In this document: positions 12,250 to 26,301 of the stretch, one piece after another
Numbering within the stretch: the first letter of the stretch is position 1
Layout: every line of letters begins with the position of its first letter
Assembly (NCBI GenBank): GCA_964016885.1
Contig: OZ024743.1
Location: 23,374,001-23,438,000, forward strand
Source: Eledone cirrhosa
Lineage: Eukaryota
Direction: 5' to 3'
Length of the DNA stretch: 64,000 nucleotides
Translations under genes and position numbers: made by a program
Notes under the pieces: generated by a model
Database searches by the model: none
Seen by the model: only the letters and a program-made list of their open reading frames with translations
What the model was told of the DNA's origin: nothing

Positions 12250-15200
12250 CGGCGGATAGTGCGCTCTGCGAAACATCATCCAACCGCCACTTTTTCATTG
12301 AGGATCTGCTATCAGGTAGAGCCTTTCTGGTGGACACAGGTGCAGTTTGTTCAATATGGCCTGTGTGTTGTATTAAGGAAACTCCCCTGAGACACCTATT
12401 GAGTTGCAGGCAGTAAATTGTTCGCCGATTCGAACCTTCGGACAAATCTCGCTACCTTTGCAGTTCCGTAATCTGCGGCGCGAGTTTAAATGGATATTTA
12501 CTGTCGCTGCCTTGCCGTATCCGATTCTAGGCGCGGATTTTCTCCACCATTTTTCATTGACGGTGGACCTCCGTCGTAAGCGCCTAATTGATGGCATCAC
12601 TGGTTTAACTGTTGTTGGCAAGGCAGCAGGAGTTCCAACGGTTAGCCCGACCTTTTTTCTTGCTAACACCGGTGATACTTACCATGCGTTGTTGAACTCG
12701 TTCCCGCAACTGACTCAGGGAAATTTTCGAGTTGATGAGCCAACTCATACCACGGAGCACTTCATATCTACAACTGGTGCTCCCGTTTTTTCTCGTCCTC
12801 GTCGCTTGCCTCCGGACAAACTCAAAGCAGCACGATCAAAGTTTGATCATATGCTGCAGTTGGTGATTATTCGTCCGTCCACGAGCCCGTGGGCGTCCCC
12901 ATTACACATGGTACCGAAAGCGACTGGCGATTGGAGACCTACTGGAGATTATCGATGCTTAAATTCGATAACGGAACCGGACCGTTATCCTATCCCTCAT
13001 CTGCAAGACTTTGCGTCTTCGTTGCAGGGATGCAAGATATTCTCCAAACTGGATTTAATTCGTGCGTACCATCAAATTCCTGTCCATAAAAATGACATTC
13101 CAAAAACGGCTATAGTTACGCCATTTGGGTCATTTGAGTTTTTGACCATGCCGTTCGGATTAAGGAATGCCGCTAGTACGTTTCAGCGGTTTATGGATGA
13201 GGTTACTCGTGGCCTCGATTTCGTCTATACCTATATTGACGACCTGCTCATTGCTAGTTCTTCTCAAGAGCAACATACGCACCATTTGAATCTTCTTTTC
13301 CGCCGATTGAAGGCGTATAACGTGCAGATTAATGCACCCAAATGTGTTTTTGGTGTTGAGTCACTGACTTTCTTGGGTCACGTCATCGATGCTGACGGTA
13401 TTCGACCCCGGCCTGAGCGAGTTAAGGTCATAGAGAATTTGTCTCCACCGACCTCACTACGTCAGTTACGCCAGTTCTTAGGCCTGATTAACTTTTATAG
13501 GCGTTTCGTGCCAAATTGTGCAAGATTGCTTTTCTCCCTGACAGAAATTTTAAAAAATTGCCGGAAGAAGAATGCAGACATTTCTTTGACAGACACTCAA
13601 CTTGCTGATTTTCAGCACGCCAAAACTGCTTCGGCTAATGCTTCGTTACTGGCTCACCCGGTACCCGGTGCAAAGCTGACGCTTTGTGTTGATGCATTGG
13701 ATATCGCTGTGGGCGCAGTGCTACAGCAAAACATCAATGGTTACCAGCAACCGCTGGAGTTTTTTTTCCAGAAAGCTGAAACCTGCTGAGACGCGCTACA
13801 GCACCTTTGGAAGAGAGCTTTTAGCTATCTATTTAGCCGTGAAACATTTTTCACATATGCTAGAGGGTAGACTATTTACTATCCTCACCGACCATAAACC
13901 ATTGACTTTTGCGTTGAGAGCGAAGGCTGATAAATACTCGCCCAGAGAGACGAGACACCTTGATTTCATCTCGCAATATACGAATGATATCCAACACATT
14001 CCGGGTTCACTAAATACAGCGGCCGATGCTTTGTCCCTATTACTCGTGACAGCGATCTCGTCACCCTCTGACATAGATCTGACTCGTTTGGCTGCGGATC
14101 AGCCTCCCCTTGAGTCATTGGATGTTACATCGCCCGAGTTTGCGAATTGCGAGATGAAATATTTGCCTCTGTGGACTGCAGTTGGCCAAATTCTCTGCGA
14201 CGTCTCTTTGGACGTGCCTAGGCCCTTCGTTCCAGAGAATCATCGTCGGACCGTGTTTCTGGCATTACATAGTTTCTCGCATCCAGGATCTTCTGCCACA
14301 GCAAAGCTCATATCAGCTAGATTTTTCTGGCCAAATATGAGGCGTGAAATTGTTGCTTGGTGCCGTTCCTGCGTCGCTTGCCAGAAATCAAAGGTCCATC
14401 GACACGTCAAGGCTCCCCTGGGTACCTTTACTAACCCAGATGCGCGTTTTTCGCACATTCATATTGATATAGTGGGACCTTGGCCTGTTAGCGATGGTTA
14501 TTCTTATCTGCTGATCATAATTGACCGTTTTTCGAGATGGCCTGAAGCCATCCTCTTGAAAAACATCACCGCTGAGACAACAGCGCGTGCTCTTGTGTCT
14601 GGATGGATCTCTCGTTATGGAGTTCTATCAACAGTAACTACCGACCATGGACGACAGTTCGAGTCGAGCCTTTTCCTCGAACTGTCAAAATTAATTGGTG
14701 CTAAACGCATCAGAACTACGGCGTACCATCCCGCTTCGAATGGTATGGTGGAGCGTTTTCACCGACAACTGAAGGCCTCCTTAATGGCCTCAATGGACTC
14801 GGCGCATTCGAGCGAGTACCTCCCTATTGTGCTACTAGGGATTCGGTCAACGGTGAAGGTTGACTTTGGATTTTCACCGGCCGAAGTACTGTACGGTGCC
14901 CCTCTGACGTTGCCCGGGCAAATGCTTGCCCCTATCGATCTTATTGCCCAAGATCACGCTTCCTACGTGTCCCGTTTGCGCTCCTATTTCCAGGATTTGC
15001 CGCCAATGGACACTAGGAAACAAACTGTCAAGACTGCTGTCCCGAGGGATGTTGCCTCGTGAACGCATGTCTTTGTAAGGAAAGATTCTGTGAAGCCTCT
15101 GCTCACACAGCCTTACACTGGACCTTACCGTGTCTTAGCGCGCTCGGCTAAGCATTTCACTTTAGATATTAAAGGGTCCAGGGAGACAGTTACAATAGAC

Positions 15201-15407
15201 AGGCTTAAGCAGGCACACCTTAACACGGACGCTGTGGTTCCTGATCCACGAACCCCTTCGTATATTCCTGTTGAGCGAATGCCTGTTCCTGAACCACCAT
15301 CATCAACTGTCCCTACACCACCACCATCTCCACGTTACAAGACCACGACCCGTTCAGGTCGTAGGGTCCACTGGCCCAAAAAACTTTGCAGCACCGTCTA
15401 TATTTAG
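12225..15407 (+). pseudogene. pol: Gypsy pol: protease, RT, RNase H, integrase with GPY/F tail (frameshifted)
   Basis: LVDTGA; [32 protein letters not shown]; TDHKPL; HHCC; [24 protein letters not shown]; PYTGPYRV. Split over 4 ORFs. Confidence 0.95.
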
Positions 15408-15546
15408 ACTATGTTAGCTGCACCTTTTTTGGGATTTAATGATTGGTAGAGCGAATAGCTCCCCCTTGTTGCATTGTTCGCCATCTTACTCCACGTGTGA
15501 GTAATAGCATCGATTTTCGATGATTTGAAAATCTGGCAAGAGTTAC

Positions 15547-16008
15547 TGTAGTAAGACGCCTCACGGCTCCTGGCGGATAATGGACCAGGTCTAGTTGTCT
15601 CCCCCTGGTGGAGAACACGAGAGGTAAACAGACAGCCACGGGAAAGCAGACGGTATACACGCCACAGAAAACAGCCTCTGTACGACGAAACGATAAACAG
15701 CCTAGGGAACAGCAAACAGCAAACCCCACAATACCTTTGTAATTGTAATACGCACCCATCACAACAACTGGATCACGTATATATTTGGTATGTTTCATTT
15801 GTAATATAATAAACACATATAAACAAAATAAACATCACCATTATTTACATTGTTAAATATAACTCTTGTTGTGGTTATTGTCTTGTTTATGCACACACCC
15901 ACTCACTTTGTTATAATTCTCACTTACAAAAATGGTAAATAGACGAGGGACCTTCCCTCACGTCTATGTCGATAAACAATCCAACTAGGATACATTCATT
16001 TTACCACA
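15547..16008 (+). repeat. 3' LTR
   Basis: TGTAGT..TACCACA, 462 bp. Confidence 0.95.
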
Positions 16009-16009
16009 C

Positions 16010-16041
<32 letters not shown>

Positions 16042-16107
16042 GTATATACATATATATATATATACATATATATATATGTATATATATATAACTACATATA
16101 TATATAC

Positions 16108-16141
<34 letters not shown>

Positions 16142-16180
16142 GTATACATATATATATATACATATATATATATATATGTA

Positions 16181-17899
16181 TATAAATGAAATAACAGGAG
16201 GCTGGACTGGTGTAAATCCTTGAAAGGTTTATTATACTATGATCATTTCAATGACCGGGTTCCATATGAATCCGGTGATATCATCAGGTATTGAAATATA
16301 ACAAAGGAATATGTAAAAAGCCATGGGTCCGAAAAACCATGGGTCCGAGAAACCAGAGACAGAGAGGGCGGCTAACCAACTAGCCTCACAGCCAGCCGCC
16401 CTCAAATAGTTGGCAACCGAAAACTACCAGTGAATATCTGGTAAGGGGGCGCAGGCCTATCATGTACTACCACCACTCCGTCAAAGAAGAAGGGGAAGAA
16501 AGAAAGAAAGGGAGTAAGAAGTGTAGTGTAAGGGTCAAACTACATTCATGTTAGAAAATGCCGCGAAAAAATGCTACCCAAAGAATCTATAGTGGGTGTC
16601 TGTATGGTCTAATGTGTGAACCGAAGATTGGAACGCTAAACTTATGTTGCGAGTTATAGGATGAAATAAATTAAATTAAAAATATTATAATGCAAAATGG
16701 TAAATTGAAAAATAGAGGTGGCGAGATTTATTTATTTAACGAACTTACGGAGAAAGTCTTATATGAAAAAAAAATGTTTTAATTAACTCGATAAGATATT
16801 AGGATGGGATATAGAGTAAAGATTTCGATTGGGAGTCCCAGCCGGCACACCCACCACCATGAGTCAGCCAGTCTCGAGTGATATCGTCGAGCGAAAGAAA
16901 TGGAAATTAATTTTTCAGAGTACTCTAGGAACGTAGCTAACTTTGGCCCCGGGATCGCTAGCGAGAACCCCACAATTTATTTTAAAGTCCCAGTTAGTCC
17001 GGGTTATAAGTTGTGTGGTTCTTAGGTGGGTAGGGGGCTATGAAGGTGCATAATGACCTGAGTAAGGAAAAGTTACAAAAAAATACCAATACATTGATAA
17101 AAATGCATTAATAAAATAATAGAAAATAATAAAATAATAAAATAATAAAATATACATTAATGAGATAGTAAAAAAATTAATAAAGGTAAATAAGAGTCAA
17201 TATAGATCAAGTTGTAGTAAGATAATATAAGTTGTACATATAGATACAGATATAGAGGATAGAGGAGATGGAATGGTAACAGATTGTCCCTAGTGTAAAG
17301 TTCGGGTTCCGAATTCAGTGCGAGTCACAAAAAGTCCTGAGGTATAGAGTAGAGAATACAGTCAATACAATACAAGTTTTAGTATAATATGTAGAGTTTT
17401 GTCGGAATCGGAATCATCCCGACAAGGAAGTGGTATCAGGTGGCGGTAGATAAGGCGCAGAGCAGCCAAAATCCGAATGGCAAGTAGATCAGTTAATCCC
17501 ATGCTGGTAATAGCTGTACACTGAAGTCAGTGCCGCTGTTCAATATTACATTTTGAAGTGCTCAACATTATAGGAGCATTATTTCTTAAGGTTTGTTGGT
17601 TCACCACTGGATAGAACTGGTCATTCTGTATGGTCAATCCTGGCGTAATATTGTGAAGAGTACTCAACGCAGTGCAGTTCACCCATCTTCGTTTGTGTAG
17701 TTGGTGGTGCGAATACGGAGTTAATTATAAATGAAATAACAGTAGGCTGGACTGGTGTAAATCCTTGAAAGGTTTATTATACTATGTTCATTTCAATGAC
17801 CGGGTTCCATATGAATCCGGTGATATCATCAGGTATTGGAATATAACAAAGGAATATATAAAAAGCCTTGGGTCCGAAAAACCAGAGACAGAGAGGGCG
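16181..17899 (-). mobile_element. Non-autonomous HHR-flanked element, copy B (direct terminal repeats)
   Basis: Direct repeats of about 170-190 bp at both ends, with HHRs at 16234-16291 and 17779-17836 (1545 nt apart). Lacks 8921-9250 of copy A. Confidence 0.75.
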
Positions 17900-18628
17900 C
17901 GTCCCTTCCACAAAAAGCGAAAGAGCAAACGCTGCAGCGCAGTCAGGCGAGGCTTAGGACAAGGTACGACGGTCAGGCGGTAGTAGATGACGGACGCGAT
18001 GTACGCGTTAGCCACCTCCGCTCGACCTTTCAGGGATAGCTTCCTCTCCGCCCATTTCTGGGTGAGAAAAGCCACCCTGCTCGTCACCTCGTCCCAGTTT
18101 TTGTCCGTCTGGAGGTCCGGACCGAACCAGACCCCTAGCAGTTTAACCAGTCCGTCCGTCCAGCGCCCGACGACGCTGTTGGACGGCATGGACCTGCCTC
18201 TCCCGGTACCGAGCTGCAGGCCCACCGACTTTTCCTGGTTGATCATTGCTCCTGTCACCGCTTCGTATTCTCTTAGTGTAGTGCCGATCGCCTCGATATG
18301 TTTGGCGTTCGACACCACTACGGTGACATCGTCGGCATATGCTGACACGGATCTTCCGCATCCTAGTTCGCGACGGACCCCCCCCCCTCTCAACGTCTCC
18401 AGTTTGTGCAGTAATGGCTCGAGAGTCAATACGTACAAGAGGGACGAGAGGGGACATCCTTGGTGGACCGAGCGCATGATGTTGAACGGTTCCGAAAGGT
18501 GAACGTTCACTCTCACCACAGAGCAGATGTCGCTGTGCATGGCAGCGATCCAGCCTCTGAGGATGGGCCCAAAGCCAGCCGCCCTCAGTACTGCCGCCAG
18601 ATAACGATGGCCGACCCTATCGAAAGCT
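17900..18628 (-). pseudogene. Tx1/L1-like LINE RT fragment
   Basis: SVHQGCPLSSLLYVLTLEPLL, SAYADDVT, INQEKS, LLGVWFG; GC-rich. Confidence 0.85.
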
Positions 18629-18629
18629 T

Positions 18630-21443
18630 ACTAAAGGAATTCATTCCCACAAGAAACCTACTTGGCAAGTGAACATCAATCGCCAAATAAACCTTCTCCG
18701 ATCTGACAGAAATGTTAAAAAACTACAAAGTAGGTGAACATGTTAAACAAATTAAACTTAGAAAATTGAAAAGAAAATACAGTATAAAATCAACAAGTTA
18801 CATAGACATGCTGATAGAAATAATCAAGCAAAAAGTGTCGGCCAAAGCTGCTCGTATAAGGCGCTTTGCAAAACGATCTAGATTCTATAAAGACAATAAT
18901 ATGTTCAAAAACAACCAAAGAAACTTCTACTGAAAAATTGGCAAGTCAACAATAACTGCTAAATACCACCCAAGGAGGAAGTGCAAGAATTCTAGGAAAA
19001 GATCCGGGCCGAAGAAAAAGTTCATAATATACATGCCCCATGGATAGACAGACAAATGAAAGATACAGCTCACCTTGAGGAACAAACATGGGAAAATATA
19101 ACAGTTGCGTTTGGCTCTTAGAAAAACTAGCAAATGGAAATCCCCAGGAAAAGACAAAATACCAAATTTCTGGATAAATGCCTTCACAGAGTCTCATGAA
19201 CTGTTTACAATGAAATAGTTAAGGAGCCAGAAAAGATACCATCATGGCTAGTTAACGGCATTACATTCCTACTTCCGAAGAATAATGAGACAAACAATCC
19301 ACAAAATTACAGACCGATAACTTGCTTGACCACAATGTATAAAATGTTAACATCAGTCCTAACTGAATATACATATGATAACCTGATAACAAATGATCTA
19401 TTTCCCAATGAGCAGAAAGGGTGTAAATGAGGCTTATATGGCTTGGATAGATTACAAAAAAGCATTCGATAGTTTGCCACACAGTTGAATTGAAAAATGT
19501 TTAGAGATTTTCAAAATATCTCCCGTTGTCAGGAGGTTCCTGTCATTCAGTATGAAGACATGGAAAACGACACTCCTTTTGAATAGTGAAAAAAAAAAAA
19601 AACTGGAAGCTGGAGAAGTTAATAGTAATTGTGGAATTTTTTAGGGTGACTCTTTATCACCGCTTTTATTCTGCATCGCACTTATACCATTAAGTAAAAT
19701 GCTCAATGAAACAAAACATGGATATAAAGTCTATGACAAAACCATTAATCACTTTTTCTACATGGATGACCTGAAACTATTTGCAAAAAATGATGAAAAA
19801 TTGCAAGTTCAGTGATGACATTAAAATGGAGTTTGGGCTAGATAAATGCGCCAAAGCAACGTTCACCAGAGGAAAGCTGCTGAAAAGTTCAGACATTAAT
19901 CTTGATCGGGGGAATGTGATAAGGGAACTTGATCAAGAGAAAACTTACAAATATCTAGGTGTTTGTGAAGGAGACGGAATCAAGCACTCGACAATGAGGG
20001 AAAGGATAAGGAAGGAATGTTACCGCAGAGTAAGAGCAATCTTAAGAACGGAATTGAATGCAAGGAATAGGATCGATGCCATAAACATGCTTGCCATACC
20101 AGTAGCAACCTACAGTTACAATGGTCAAGCACAGAGATCCGTAGGCTCGATACAAAAATTAGAAAATTCTTAACCATGTACAGAATACATTACCCTAAGG
20201 CAGATACAGATAGAATACATCTCCCTAGGAAAGAAGGAGGACGTGGGTTAATCCAGTTAGATATTGCGTTGAAATCTGCAACAATTGGATTATCTACATA
20301 TCTAAGGGAATCACATGATTGAATGATCAAACTAGTTTTGAAACACGAAAGCATCAAAAGATCATACTCCATTACAAAAGATGCACAAAGATACAGTAAT
20401 GGACTACAAATTTCAGAAGTTCCATTTACTGCTGAAATGAAAAACACAGAAAAAGCAAAGCAGGTAAAAGTAACTGCAAAGAAAGAACTGCTACAGAAAC
20501 TGGCTAAGAAATGGCAAGAAAAGCCTCTGTATAGAAAATACCCAGAAAGAGCTAACAATCCTGATGTTGACAAAACTTTAACCCATCAGTGGTTGGCATC
20601 CTCTGGACTGAAATCGGAGACTGAAGGACTGATTATATCAGCACAAGATCAGTGTCTGCCAACAAAAAATTACCAAGCCAACATAATAAAAAATGGATGC
20701 AACCCATTATGCCGTGTATGTAAAAAACAACTAGAGACCATTGATCATATAATTTCAATGTGCAGCCCTATAGCTCCAACCGAATACCTAAACAGGTACG
20801 ACAGAGCTGCACAATACATACATTGGATAATGTGTAAGCATTTTGACCTGCCCCATCAAAAGAATTGGTGGGAGCATCAACCACCTCCCGTACTTGAAAA
20901 AGATCACATCTCAATCTTGTGGAACTTTAGCATCCAAACAGACCGAAAAATAGATGCAAATAGACCTGATATAATACTGAAGGACTTTAAAAAGAGGGTA
21001 TGCTTGCTAATTGATATGTCCGTTCCAATAGACAAGAATGTATCTATAAAAAACATTTGAAAAATTGAGCAAGTATAACGACCTGGAGCTAGAAATTGGA
21101 AAAATGTGGAAATTGAGAACTAAAACAATACCAGTGGTTGTAGGCGCTCTAGGAATGATGTCTAGGAGGTCTAATGATTACTTATCGCAAATCCCAGGAA
21201 ACCCGCATATAGGAGAAATACAAAAGATAGTACTAATGGGAACTGCCCATATACTAAGGAAGATTCTGTCAATATAAGTACATCACAAGTCTAAACACCT
21301 AAAGATGCATGTGTGTGTATGTATGTTCTTTCTTGACCATGGCGGACCTTGTTGTCTCTTGAGGTCACTGGTTGTGACTTGGTGATAACTCGTATGAACA
21401 TAAAGCAAGATAAATGTAATAATAATAATAATAATAATAATAA
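18630..21443 (+). mobile_element. R4/Dong-type LINE (RT, CCHC, REL endonuclease), decayed, with (AAT)n end
   Basis: NYRPITCL, DYKKAFDS, GDSLSPLLF, YMDDLKL, FGLDKC, YKYLG, GGRGL, CRVC..TIDHIISMC, RPDII..IDMSVP. Many stops; (AAT)n at 21418-21443. Confidence 0.9.
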
Positions 21444-21556
21444 TAGTATCGTCTTCCTGCCTTCCTTCGGTTGCAACGTTTTTCGAAATATTTACTTCTG
21501 CGTTCACAGATTGATTTTTTTAGTTTTAGAAGATCCCGTTAAACTTGAATCTGTTA

Positions 21557-21644
<88 letters not shown>

Positions 21645-23159
21645 TCAAGTAAAATAACGGAGCAAAGACTCTCGTATAAACCTGCAATTAAATGAGCTCA
21701 AAGGAAAGAGTTTTCCTCGGCACTTTAAAATACAATATATAGAGGGGAAAGACACAGAAGAGTGTGTTTTTCTTTACAGGAATTTCAAACCACCAGCGTG
21801 AGAGCATATAAGCTACTAGAGGCATAGGAAAAATATTAAAATTAAAAGTATAAATTAAAAAGAGAAACCAACTTCACCTAAATCACACATGTACACACTC
21901 ACCAGGAGAATGTTTCGCCATTTTAGTGGGAATCCATATATGTATATATATATGTGTGTGTGTGTGTATAAATATATGTGTGTGTGCTTGTATGTATGTA
22001 TATGTACATGGATGTTTTTGTACATGTAACAGATGACGGAAAGAAAGAATAAAATAGTTTTACCTGCATTAATATTTATATATGCTGCTATAAAAAGCAA
22101 GCATAGAATATATTTCTGCATCTTGTCCTCTCCTTCAAACAAATTCTTTTACACCTGACTGCCGACTGCAGAGTAAATATGTGTCTTTCATGGATAGCTG
22201 AGCTGTTGAACAATGTTTACATAATCGTCATGCATCTATATATAACACTGATCCTTTTTATGCATTGGTCCATGAAATATTGAGTTATATATTATGTCTT
22301 CTTTGATCTATACAGCCATTTTGTTAATTCGTTTAGCTATAAACATTGATTTGTAAATATTAAAAGTAAACATGCTGTAACTAGTTAAATTTATTTTTTA
22401 TTAATTTATCTAATTACTGACAATAGTTGTTATTGTTGAGTTCCAAGTCGGGGGGGGGGGGGGCATCAAATGCATTCAAGCAATGGCCATCCTGTCTTTT
22501 CCCTTTCCCGGGGATAGTATATCAAAGACAATATTATCCAGTGTGTCCTTTCCTTATCTAAGATTGTATGGTGTGATTTAAGAAAGAAAGAGAGAGAGAA
22601 AGAAATAGAATTGAATAGTGTTTCTATCAGGTTAAAGACGATACTCCTATCCCCACTAAGTCCACCCTACAATGGAAAAAACAACAGAAAGAAGGACAAT
22701 CCCATCTCCTCAGTTAACCTCTAGAAGTTACTATGGTTTCGGTTCTTTAAGGTTTATATCATTTATTACTCCAGTGCACATTGGGACATAACAAAACAGG
22801 GAGAGACAAGTTATGTCTTTAGGCAAATTACGCAAACATAGCGCACAAGGTTTTAGCTAAAGGAGAAACATATAGAAAAAAGAGAAAAAGTATAATAGAA
22901 GAGAACAATAAAGACTGCAGTCCAACAAGCGGGCAAAGGATACGGATGTGTAGAAAATGTAAGAAAGGAGAATAGAGGAAAACAGGCCGGATGGTGTAAT
23001 GTCTATTATATGATAATTTAAAAAAAGCACACATGATGAAGTCTTTAGAATATAAATTCAAAATGTATGTTTGTGTGTGTAAAAAGTAAACAGAAATAAC
23101 ATAGCAAACGACACAGTACGATGAAAAAAAATATATATATAGTATCTTAATTTTAACAC

Positions 23160-23830
23160 TGATGTTGTTGGGGAGGAGTGCATCTGAAATGATAATGGGG
23201 CAATTACCCTTACTGACGCTGAATAAAAGTAGCATAGAAGACTTACTATGAGAGACAGATGAAAATAAACTGGACAGTGAGGGCCTACCCCATACAGACT
23301 CTACTGGGGGACCAGCTATGAAAGTTGGAAGCAGTATGATAGATAAAGTGGTTAAAAACATGAAAGTAGGGACAGCAGCCATTATGAAAGACCGGTGAAG
23401 GTGGGTTACCGGATATACAAGCCCGCAGCAACATAGTAAGGCAATTATGGATAAGATGACAGGCAAACATCTGGGATGGTGGGTCACATTTTAACCATCT
23501 ATATCGTAAACCAAGTAATACAGAATAGTGTCATACATAATGACTGGATAGTATCATTTTCGTCAACTGATACAGGAGCAAAAGAAGTTCACAAGACAGA
23601 GGAAACTATAGAGCCATCAAATTGATGGACGAAGTCATAAAAGTTACAAAAAGATTTATTGCACAGTTGAGTAGAAACCGAACTTAGATTAGAATAAGAC
23701 TGCCAACAATTGTGATCATCGATATAGTTGATGAAGTTGGTGTGGGGGTGATCATTGATACGATCGACCTTGTGGGAGGTATTATAGTAAGTGAGGATGG
23801 AGTATCGTTTAGTGGTATGAAGGAACATGT
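23160..23830. mobile_element. Highly decayed LINE fragments (RTE-like on +, APE-endonuclease-like on -)
   Basis: DSEGLPHTDSTGGPAMKVGSSMIDKVVKNMKVG resembles the RTE EN-RT linker. The minus ORF 23589-23828 weakly resembles APE motifs. Confidence 0.35.
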
Positions 23831-23899
23831 GTGTGCAGCTGACAACACCGTTGAAGACAAGGACTTCCAGGATGTAATCGACGTGTAGTGATGGGCAGT

Positions 23900-26060
23900 T
23901 GAGTGGTACTGGAAGTGAGAGCCTAGACGTTAAGAAATAAAGGGAACTGCTATCAGCATACCCTGAAAGGAGATGCCAGGAGCTAGTTCGAGAGAGATGA
24001 TGGAAAGATGTATTGAGGAGGGCATCTTAATTACCTGGAAGGATGAAGTGAAGAGTGGAGTGTTGCCGCTAATAGCTGTGGCGGAGCCAAGACAATAGAA
24101 GGTCTAGCCGGTACTGGACTTTCGAGAGTTGACTGACTACGTATCATGTCACATGGATAGCAAAGTTACAAATGTCTGCAGGGAAACTTTGTTAGAATGG
24201 AGACAAATGACGAAGGCCTGCACAATCGTCAACTTGAATTCTGCATATCTGCTGCTACAAGTGGCTGAGAAACTATGAAAGTATTAGCTAGTAAGCTATA
24301 AGAGCCAGATGTAGTCGGACCAGGCTAGGGTTTGGTTTGAATTCAGCACCGAAGATCATGATTACGATTCTCAAGGCCATCTTGGGAAAGGTAGACAAGG
24401 TAAAAAGGGCCATCAATTCCTATATAGACGGTATCTTAATGGATGGGAGTCGGCAACAGAAGTTACAGGTCATCTAAAGATATTCGGATTGACCACGAAA
24501 TCACCGGAGACGATAAAAAGAGGAGCTGCAGTGGGGCTCAAGCTGCAAAGAGACAAGACAGGTATTTGGGTATTTTGGAAGGGGAATGAAATCCCAGAAC
24601 TGGGCACTGGTATAAACAGACAAGAACTGTTCTTGATGTGTGGGGGACTGGTGGACCACTATCCAATCGTGGAGTGGCTATGAACAGCATGTAACCATGT
24701 CGAGAAACGAGCGCACGGGATGAGCTGGAGGGACAGAGTGGGAGAGAGGATAGTGGCTATGATGCAAGAGATCCTGGAGAGGGTAAGAGTGGAGGGTCCA
24801 GTATGAGGAAGCTCGTATGTGCCCAAAGTGGAGAATGGGAACTTATAGTGCAATACTAACAGCATAGCGATAGGGGTCGTTCTGGAAATAGGATTTGTCA
24901 AGGAGGAGGACGCAGCCTGGCTAAGGAAGAAGGATGACTGCAACCACAGCAAATGGCCGAATTTGGACGCTCTGCTGAAGGGAGATTCAAACCAATCCGG
25001 CCACTGTACTTGGAAAGGTTGGATCAGTGGTCACTGATAAGAGGAGGGTTCAAACGAAAGGGGCAGCAGAGATGTCAATAGAGCGCTGCCTGTGAACTAT
25101 AGGAGAGCTCGCTGCTGAGTCCGGCCTGAAGTTGAATGTGGACTTTGTGCCCTCGGAAAGAAATAAGGTGGACATTCTAACCAGGGAGAAGAAAGTGTCA
25201 GAGGATTCGTATCTGGTGGGGGCTGCAATGTCTCGGCAGAGTGACTTGGAGCTAAGGAGACTGCATACCATGCATAATATGGGAGTGAATAGAACCCTAT
25301 TCCTAGCCAGGAAATTTAACTCCGACCTTGTCAGGCAGAATATTCACAAAATATTCGGAAGTTGTGACAGGTGTCAGTTCATCGATCCTACTCCGGGTGT
25401 TTCTAAAAATTCTAATGCAACACAACTGGAAAAAACGGGCAAAGGTTGTGACGCAATACCAGAGGGAACATATCTCTTGATGTCGACTGTGGACCAGGGC
25501 AAATGTCAATATGGAGAGAAACAAAGACAAGGACTGCAGATGAAATAGCATGAATACTGAACGAAATATTCCTCGAGCAGGGCCCTGTGGATGAGCTGCT
25601 GATAGACAATGGCACTCAGATTTTCTGAAGGAAATGCTTGATAAGTGTCGCGTGAACCGCTTATTCTGAGCGACATATAGGCTAAGTGGAAATGGGATTG
25701 TTGAGAAAAAGGCCATGGCATAGAGGGGACATTTCTCACCAATTGAGGCCTTGTTTTGGTATATGTCACCCAGGTAAGGATAGGCCGAGGAGTCGCTGCT
25801 AAATTGCTACATTCAGATATGAATGGTGATATCTGTGTACAGCACCATGGTGACATCTGGAAGAAAAAGAGAGCCTGCATTCGTGCAGGTTGGGGACGAA
25901 GCCTGGGTCAAGCCCTCAAATGTGAGCTACACGTCTCAATGGAAGAAGGGAACAGTAACAGCAGTCAATTCTCGAAACAACGTTTCTGTGGATGTCCACA
26001 GGGTCGTCTACTTGTCGAACGGGGACGAAGAAGGAGAGGAAGGGAACAGTGCTGCCGCCA
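23900..26060 (+). pseudogene. Heavily decayed Gypsy-like pol (RT, RH, integrase)
   Basis: PVLDFREL, LGFGLNSAPKIM, SYIDGILM, FVPSERNKVDILTR, H..HNMGVNRT..CDRCQFID, SGNGIVE. Many stops; no LTRs identified. Confidence 0.7.
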
Positions 26061-26227
26061 TGTGGAGGTTGCCACGAACAGATTGGAGTAATCTCGTCTT
26101 GTTCATATTTATATATGTGACATGATTACGGCTGGATGCTTTAGAGAGTTTACTGGGTGCATATTGTGAGGCATTTACCCAGTACATTACTGGTACTTTA
26201 TTTTCTCGACCCAGTTGCACATCTAAC

Positions 26228-26294
<67 letters not shown>

Positions 26295-26301
<7 letters not shown>

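Larger units (their letters stand above)
10169..16008 (+). mobile_element. Full-length, decayed Ty3/Gypsy LTR retrotransposon (CsRn1/Kabuki-like clade)
   Basis: TG..CA LTRs at 10169-10814 and 15547-16008, tRNA-Trp-like PBS, gag-PR-RT-RH-IN order, inserted in (TA)n. Confidence 0.95.

Noticed and set aside
22828-23487. 219-aa hydrophobic ORF
   Set aside because: Antisense to purine-rich decayed repeat sequence; no recognisable domain.
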